A stretch of DNA of 64,000 nt from the human T2T-CHM13v2.0 reference genome, Homo sapiens: NCBI RefSeq assembly GCF_009914755.1, contig NC_060930.1; one strand, given 5' to 3'. Position numbers and translations under genes: made by a program. Shown piece after piece: positions 57,561 to 64,000 of the stretch. Position 1 is the first letter of the stretch. Every line of letters begins with the position of its first letter. The notes beneath the pieces are model-generated. The model made no database searches and was not told the DNA's origin. It saw nothing but the letters and a program-made list of their open reading frames with translations.

Positions 57561-57849
57561 GTGTAATCCATTAAGTTGGAAGATCTGATGAGGATCCTAT
57601 TCATTTGGATAAATAAGTTATTTAAAAAGACCCCCAAAACAGGCCTCATTCCTTTAAAGTCCATATGTGAAACTTCTGCCTTGCTCCACATTCTGTGCTA
57701 GGGGATATATGGGTTGAAATAGAAAGTAAAGTGGATAGTTACTGATGCTTTTTTTATCCTAGAAAGTTGTAAGGTTGACATTGTCTCTTAAAAAAATAAT
57801 AATAATAAAATAAATTAAAAAAAAATTCCCTTGCACTCCAATAAAGTTG

Positions 57850-58143
57850 TTGTTTTCTTTTTTTCTTTGAGATGGAGTTTCACTCTTATTGCCCAGGCTG
57901 GAGTGTAATGGCACGGTTTCAGCTCATGCAATCTCCGCCTTGTGGGTTCAAGCAATTCTCCTGCCTCAGCCTCCTGAGTAGCTGGATTACAGGCATGTGC
58001 CACCACGCCCAGCTAATTTTGTATTTTTAGTAAAGACGGTTTCTCCTTGTTGTTCAGGCTGGTCTCGAACTCCTGGCCTCAGGTGATCTGTCCACCTTGG
58101 TCTCCCAAAGTGCTGGGATTACAGGTGTGAGCCACTGCATCCA
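57850..58143 (-). mobile_element. AluS SINE
   Basis: TTTGAGATGGAGTTTCACTCTTATTGCCCAGGCTGGAGTG..CCTCAGGTGATCTG..GTGCTGGGATTACAGGTGTGAGCCAC. Confidence 0.95.
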
Positions 58144-58877
58144 ACAGAGTCTTTATATGGTTGTGGTGGTGATTGGGGGTGGACAACAGCGATTTACCAG
58201 AAGTGGAAGAGTAAAGGATTTAATTGAGAATTGGCCTTAGGCAAAGCTTAAAAGTCAAAACTTGGTCTTTCAAAACCCCGTTAGATCTCCCCAGAGCCTC
58301 TATTTCCTCTCCCAATGAGCTTTGCTCCTCCTCCAATCATCCTTCCATCCCCTGTATTTCAATGCTTGCTGTCAGAAAAGTACTAGCTAATGGCAGCTTG
58401 CCATTATGTATATGACCAACCACTTGTATTTGCATCAGACAATGAAACTTTCAGAGAAGGAAAAAGCAGACTAAGACATAGAGGAAAGCTTCTATCCTCT
58501 GCACCCACTCTTCTTCATGGAGACTTCCAAACCAAACCATCTCTGACACTTAGAGTGGTAGCACCTTCCTTAGATCGGGAAAGCCAAATAGCTTAGAAGA
58601 TTACATTAAATTTACTGGTATAATCAAAATAATATATCACAAGCCATGAATATCTGAAGAGACCCTTGAATTTCTGGCATTGTATCTCCATCCAGAAAAG
58701 CTAAAAAAAAAAACTCCCAATGAAAAGCATCCAATTTTAAAGGAAATACCTGAAATTAGTCTAGTTCATGTCCCCAGGAGGCAAGGACACCAGAGCTGTG
58801 GTATTTCCTAAGCACTTGAAAGGCCAACAGTGACCTCCTCATGTAAATATCTTTATGATAAACTCTCAGGACAGCCA

Positions 58878-59083
58878 TTTTTTTTTTTCTTACTTAAAGT
58901 TCCGGGATACATGGGCAGAACATGCAGGTTTGTTACATAGGTATACGTGTGCCATGGTGGTTTGCTGCATCTATCAACCCATCATTTGGGTTTTAAGACC
59001 TGCATGCATTAGCTGTTTGTCCTGATGCTCTCCCTCTCCTCATCCCCCTACCCCCGACAGGCCCAGGTATGTGTTGTTCCCCT
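58878..59083 (-). mobile_element. Older L1PA (about PA8A-PA11) 3' end
   Basis: GGGATACATGGGCAGAACATGCAGGTTTGTTACATAGGTATACGTGTGCCATGGTGGTTTGCTGC..CCGACAGGCCC. Confidence 0.9.
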
Positions 59084-59389
59084 TAATAGTGATAAAGTTT
59101 ACGCATGACAAGAATGTAACATTGATCAACATTAACACTGACTAATGCTGGTTCATTAATAACAAATATATTTAGTTAACAAGATTAAAATTAAAGTTTT
59201 CTTGTGCAATTTGGAATGAAGAGAGGGGGACCCTGACCTAGTTTTGTAACTCAAATAACTTTACCCATCCCTAAAAGTCTATCTAACCCAAAGAAAAATG
59301 ACAGACAACTTATAAAAACATCACTTCAGCCTTCAGACATCTGATTGACAAGATTAAACATATCCACATGACTCCACTCCACTATGAAG

Positions 59390-59687
59390 CCATGTTGTGG
59401 GAGGTTATTGAATCGTGGGGGCGATTACCCCCATGCTGTTCTGTGATAGTGAGTGAGTTCTCACGAGATCTAATGGTCTTATAAAAGGCTTCTCCCGCTT
59501 TGCTCAGCACTTCTCCTTGCTGCTGCCATGTGAAGAAGGACGTGTTTGCTTCCCCTTCTGCCATAATTGCAGGTTTCTTAAGGTCCCCTCAGCCATGCTA
59601 AACTGTGAGTCAAATAAGCCCGCTTCCTTTATAAATGACCCAGTCTCAGGTATGTCTTTATTAACAGTATGAGAACAGACTAATATA
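59390..59687 (+). mobile_element. THE1 (THE1D-like) MaLR LTR, 5' part missing
   Basis: CCATGCTGTTCT..GTGAGTGAGTTCTCACGAGATCT..CCATGTGAAGAAGGACGTGTTTGCTTCCCCTT..CCCAGTCTCAGGTATGTCTTTATT..CAGACTAATA. Confidence 0.9.
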
Positions 59688-59794
59688 ATGCCATATTTGA
59701 CTTTCTGTTTCTGAGTTGCTTCACTTAATAGCCTCCAGTTCCATCTGTGTTGTGGCAAATGATTTCGTTCTTTTTAATGGCTGAGTAGCGTATG

Positions 59795-59833
<39 letters not shown>

Positions 59834-60162
59834 GCACACGCACATGCACACCAGATTTTCCTTATGCAGTCATCCTTTGATGGACATTTAAATTGATTAC
59901 ATATATTTTATTGTGAATAATGTTGCAATAAACATACAAGTGCAGGTATCTTTTTGCTATCACAATTTCTTTTCCTTTGGGTAGATACCAAGTAGTGGGA
60001 TTGCTGGATTGAATGCTAGCTCTATTTTTAGTTCTTTGAGAAATCTCCATAGTGTTTTCCATAGAGGTTGTACTAATTTACATTCCCACCAACAGTATGT
60101 AAGCATTCCCTTTTCTCTGCATCCTTGCCAACATCTGTTATTTTTTGTATTTTTAATGATAG
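59688..60162 (-). mobile_element. L1PB/old L1PA fragment containing a (CA)n microsatellite (about 59795-59850)
   Basis: ORF 59960-60184 carries the ORF2p C-terminal motif [22 protein letters not shown]. Confidence 0.88.
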
Positions 60163-62891
60163 AAAGATATTTCTGATTCCTCAAAAGGCACTGTTTTTAA
60201 ATAGGTTTGAGAAGTCCAGTTGAGTCATAAACTGGTGCCATGTGGTTTCATGTTGTCATGTGAAAATTTGATGATCTGCAAGAACTACATGCCCATCAGA
60301 CAGATTCAGGGAAAAGGGGGCAAGCAGACAGAAATAAAAAATTCCAGCAATTTAAAACTTAAACAATGTATCAATGTTTCTTTCCACATAGCCCTCTATG
60401 TTTATGGAGAGAGAGGTCCTCTTCAAGAGGATTCATCAACAATGAAAGAGTCTTTGAAACATTGATCCTGTCAGGTCTTGATCCTATCGGGTCTTGACTC
60501 TCTACTCATGAATCTTTTCTCTCTCTACTCAGTGGTGGATTTATTTCTAGTAATTCATAAATGGCTCCCAGAGTCACCAACTTGTTGGAATTTATAATAC
60601 ACACCCCAAAATAAATCTTAAACATTCTACTATTTAACATTTTTCTGCATCAAATATATTCCTTATCTAAATATATTGGGTCTACAGAGAATGTTTTTTG
60701 AAGACGTCAACTTATGCTGGTTTCCTCCTTGCACACTTAGTCAATTTATGAATTTTTAAGACAAGAAATTTTATAATATTAGGGTCTTCTTTTACCCAAG
60801 ATAAAAAATGCTTATTTAGAAGAATAAGTTTGTATGAGTTCTAGGAAGGCACATTGTCAGGTAATAGATATAAGGCTGGCTCTGTCTTACATCAGCCAAT
60901 TTCATGGAGAACAGAATTGCTGTCCAGTACAAATGAAATATGAGTCAAAGTCTGGACTTGAGTTTGAATCTAAAGTAGTTTACTTATCTGAGATGGCTTG
61001 CACAGTTGGCACGATCTATAATGGCATTCATTTCAGAGTTGCTCAAAGTCGGCTTTCTATGTAAAAGAGAGGCAGAGCTATGGCTTTTTAGCTCTTGCTC
61101 TAAGATTCAGATCTATTAAATTATTTTTATTGAGCGCCTACTACACACACAGCAGCAGCACTCTGTCAATTTCATTGTAACTCCTGGAAAAGACATCTCT
61201 GGTATGACTCTTGTCCCCGGATCTCCTGTGGGAATAATAATCTTTCACACTTACTTAGTTCCTGGAGATGCTGTGATAATTGACAAGTGAATGTTTGTGA
61301 AGTACTTGAAATCCTCAGATGAACCTGTTATGTAAACATGGAAGAATGCTGCCTTTCCAGGTCACAGCCATAGCTGGAGCTTCTCTAAACAACCAGGTTT
61401 TCCTGGTTGGATGCTACTTGCCTAAGACTGTTATTTTGAGATAGCTGGTGTGTGCTTTATTAATATGTATCCCTGACTCTTGGCCCAGTGGAAGACAAAG
61501 ATATGATGACCAAATTATATTTTACATGGGCTAAATATCTCCTAATCTCTCATTTCTTTTGAATGGAGTGCCTCAAATCTTGGTGATGATTCATTATACA
61601 TTTATAAAAAGAGTGAGAGAAAAAGAAAACTTGCTTTTTGACTAACAGATACTCCTCGTGTTCAGGAAGATTCTTGCAAGGATATTAAAACCCTCAAAAT
61701 AATAGTCTGCTTAGAAGTAGGTTCACATATAATAAAAGGGAGAAATTTCTCAAGTTCTATCAAATTTCAAAATAATTTAAGAAATCATCACATTAAAACA
61801 ATGTATTATCAGATTAAGGATGGTATTGTTATAACCTTTTCAAGTAGTTCAAACATTAGAAAGCTATTCATATGAAGGTTTTTTAATGGACTCAGTGAAC
61901 ATCTTGCAAATTTATTTTGTAAGCTGCTGAAAATCCCTACTAGTTTAACTTGTCAACATACATCTGAAATTATTAGTTCAACGACACTTTCTACAAAATA
62001 CAATTTTGTGTCTCTTGTAATGTGTGTCAACAGTTATCTGTATTAATTAGCACTCATCAGTCAGGAACTGAGCTCATTTCCAGCTATTAATCTGGGACCA
62101 GCTCAACAAAGACTCCCATTATCTAAGCAAGCCCAGCTATTGGTCCTTCAATCTAAATGTCATAGTTTTCTGGGTAAAGCTTTATTCCCACTTGTTTTTT
62201 TAATACCTAAACTATTATTGTCATGGCTTGCAATTTACCAAAAAGATCATTTTCTGAAGAAGGCATGTAGAAGGCAAAACACAAATTTTACCCAAAGTAG
62301 CTTTTAGACATTTTCAGTCTGTGATATATATTCAACTGATTTGAGTCCCATCAACTTCTCTCCACCCTCTACATTCATTTACATAAAATCTAAGTTATTC
62401 TGTAAACACTTTAGGGGCAAATTAATACTTTAAGAAATTACCTATACTTATTAATAAAGTTAAGAATAGTTATTATTTGTTTGGTAAAATTTTATTTTAC
62501 AGAGTTGTTTTTCTTGAAAATAATTGAGATACTTTTTCCACAACAAGATTTTTATATGTAGATATCAATAAATTTGTTATATGTAGATTGATATCAATAA
62601 ATTTCACCTTATTAATCTAGATACGTATAATGTAAAAATAGGTAGCTAGAGATGGAGATAGTTCACTGCATATATAACTACACATACACATACTATTAGT
62701 AGTTACTATCCTTTCTGTTTCTCATTTTTCTTCAGTAAAATTAATTAATAAACAGCAAGGTTCTCTGTGGCCTTCCTAACAGTGTTTAAAATGAACTCTT
62801 TAGCAATATTAAAGAGAACACAAACAATTTAAGTATGAGTAAATGGGACATATTTCATGATATTTATATAAACATGAATGTCTACCTACCC

Positions 62892-63761
62892 CAGTGATGT
62901 GCTGGAAGTTGCTCATACAAGCTTGTGAGAGCTGGATGTTAAATTTTCTGGATTTTAGAAAGGAAATCAATACATCAAAGATATATCTACTCTTCCATGT
63001 TTATTGCAGCATTATTCACAGTAGCCAAAATATAGAATCAACCTATGTGCCCATCAATGGATGAATGGATTTTTTTTTAATTTGGTATATATACACAATG
63101 GAATATTATTCAGCCATAAAAATAATGAAATCCTGTCATTTGCAACAACATGGATGGAACTGGAGGCCATTATGTTAAGTGAAATAAGCCAGCCACAGAA
63201 AGACAAATATCACATGCTCTCACTCATATATCGGAGCAAAAAAAAGTGGATCTCGTGAAGATAGAGAGTAGATTGGTAGTTACCAGAGACCAGAGAGGGC
63301 AGTGGAGAGAAGGAGATGAAGGGGAAATATATATATATATATATATAAATGGCACTTAATGGTAAAGATGTTAAATTTTATATGTATACTTTACCTCAAT
63401 AAAAAAAAGATAAAATAATTTTTTAGGAATTTTATGAGCCCATTTTTAAACACACACGTCAAACAATTATATAAACATAATTAAATAAATTACATTAAAA
63501 ACAATAAATACTCCAGACTCATCACTCTCTAATTATTGTATTGCCTATGTTCTTGGGATTATATATTATCTCTACATGATGAAATATTATATCATAGAGA
63601 GCTACCATTACAGACTTCTTCCCAACTTCACAGTCAGTGACATCTCTTTTTAAAGCTTACAATAGCAGAAGTATTTATACCATGGAAAATGGCAAATGCT
63701 GTGCATTAGCATTTATTTTTCCTGGAGAATTGATTATTAAATAATTAGTAGCACACCACCA
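62892..63761. mobile_element. MER63-type hAT element interrupted by an L1
   Basis: Begins CAGTGATGTGCTGG and ends GGCAAATGCT..TAGCACACCAC; the internal part resumes after 63415. Confidence 0.7.
62957..63415 (+). mobile_element. L1MA-type 3' end nested in MER63, with (TA)n
   Basis: GAAATCCTGTCATTTGCAACAACATGGATGGAACTGGAGG..AAGTGAAATAAGCCAG..TTACCTCAATAAAAAAA. Confidence 0.9.
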
Positions 63762-64000
63762 ATTTATCCTAGCAAAATTCTTAGGTAAATAATTATGTTG
63801 ATCCTTTATATCAATTTATCCCTCCCTCCTGATAGACTTTAGTCAAAGCGAAGAAAGTACATCTTATGTCCCCTTCTTCCAATAGACAGTTATCCAATAG
63901 ACAGTTGAATAAGACATATGTATTTCTCTTAAATTCTGTAAAAAGTGCTTTGAGATTTTGTGATTCTAAGCCCTCTTTCTAAATTTGAACTTCAGGTGGG

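Noticed and set aside
61390-61409. Perfect 8-bp stem hairpin CAACCAGG-TTTT-CCTGGTTG (also GGGGAT..ATCCCC near 1391)
   Set aside because: Stems this short are expected by chance at this window size, and there is no supporting context.

Overview
This is AT-rich primate (human or great-ape type) non-coding genomic DNA, intergenic or deep intronic. I found no host protein-coding exon, CpG island, rRNA, intact tRNA gene or CRISPR array that I can support, and I cannot name the locus. The window is dominated by interspersed repeats: L1 (L1PA to L1ME), Alu (J, S and a very young Y), L2, MIR, MaLR/ERV solo LTRs (MST, MLT1, MLT2, THE1, MER41, LTR33) and DNA-transposon relics (MER2, MER20, MER63, mariner-like). 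The ORFs with recognisable protein similarity are L1 ORF1/ORF2 remnants; the rest look like Alu-derived or chance frames. I see no evidence of a new gene system. The most interesting signals are structural: (1) a 94-bp, 84/94-identical inverted repeat at 17.06-17.48 kb that I cannot assign to a known repeat; (2) a TSD-flanked, tailless retrocopy of the 5' half of tRNA-Gly(GCC) that ends at the anticodon; (3) an internal L1 fragment with no ends and an open endonuclease frame; (4) a 13-nt L1 3' transduction and a 38-nt orphan TSD-flanked micro-insertion; (5) nested and twin-primed retroelements; (6) a near-pristine AluY with mixed subfamily diagnostics; (7) a MER41B LTR with decayed STAT1 sites. 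Repeat subfamily names come from memory of consensus sequences, and boundaries of old repeats are approximate.
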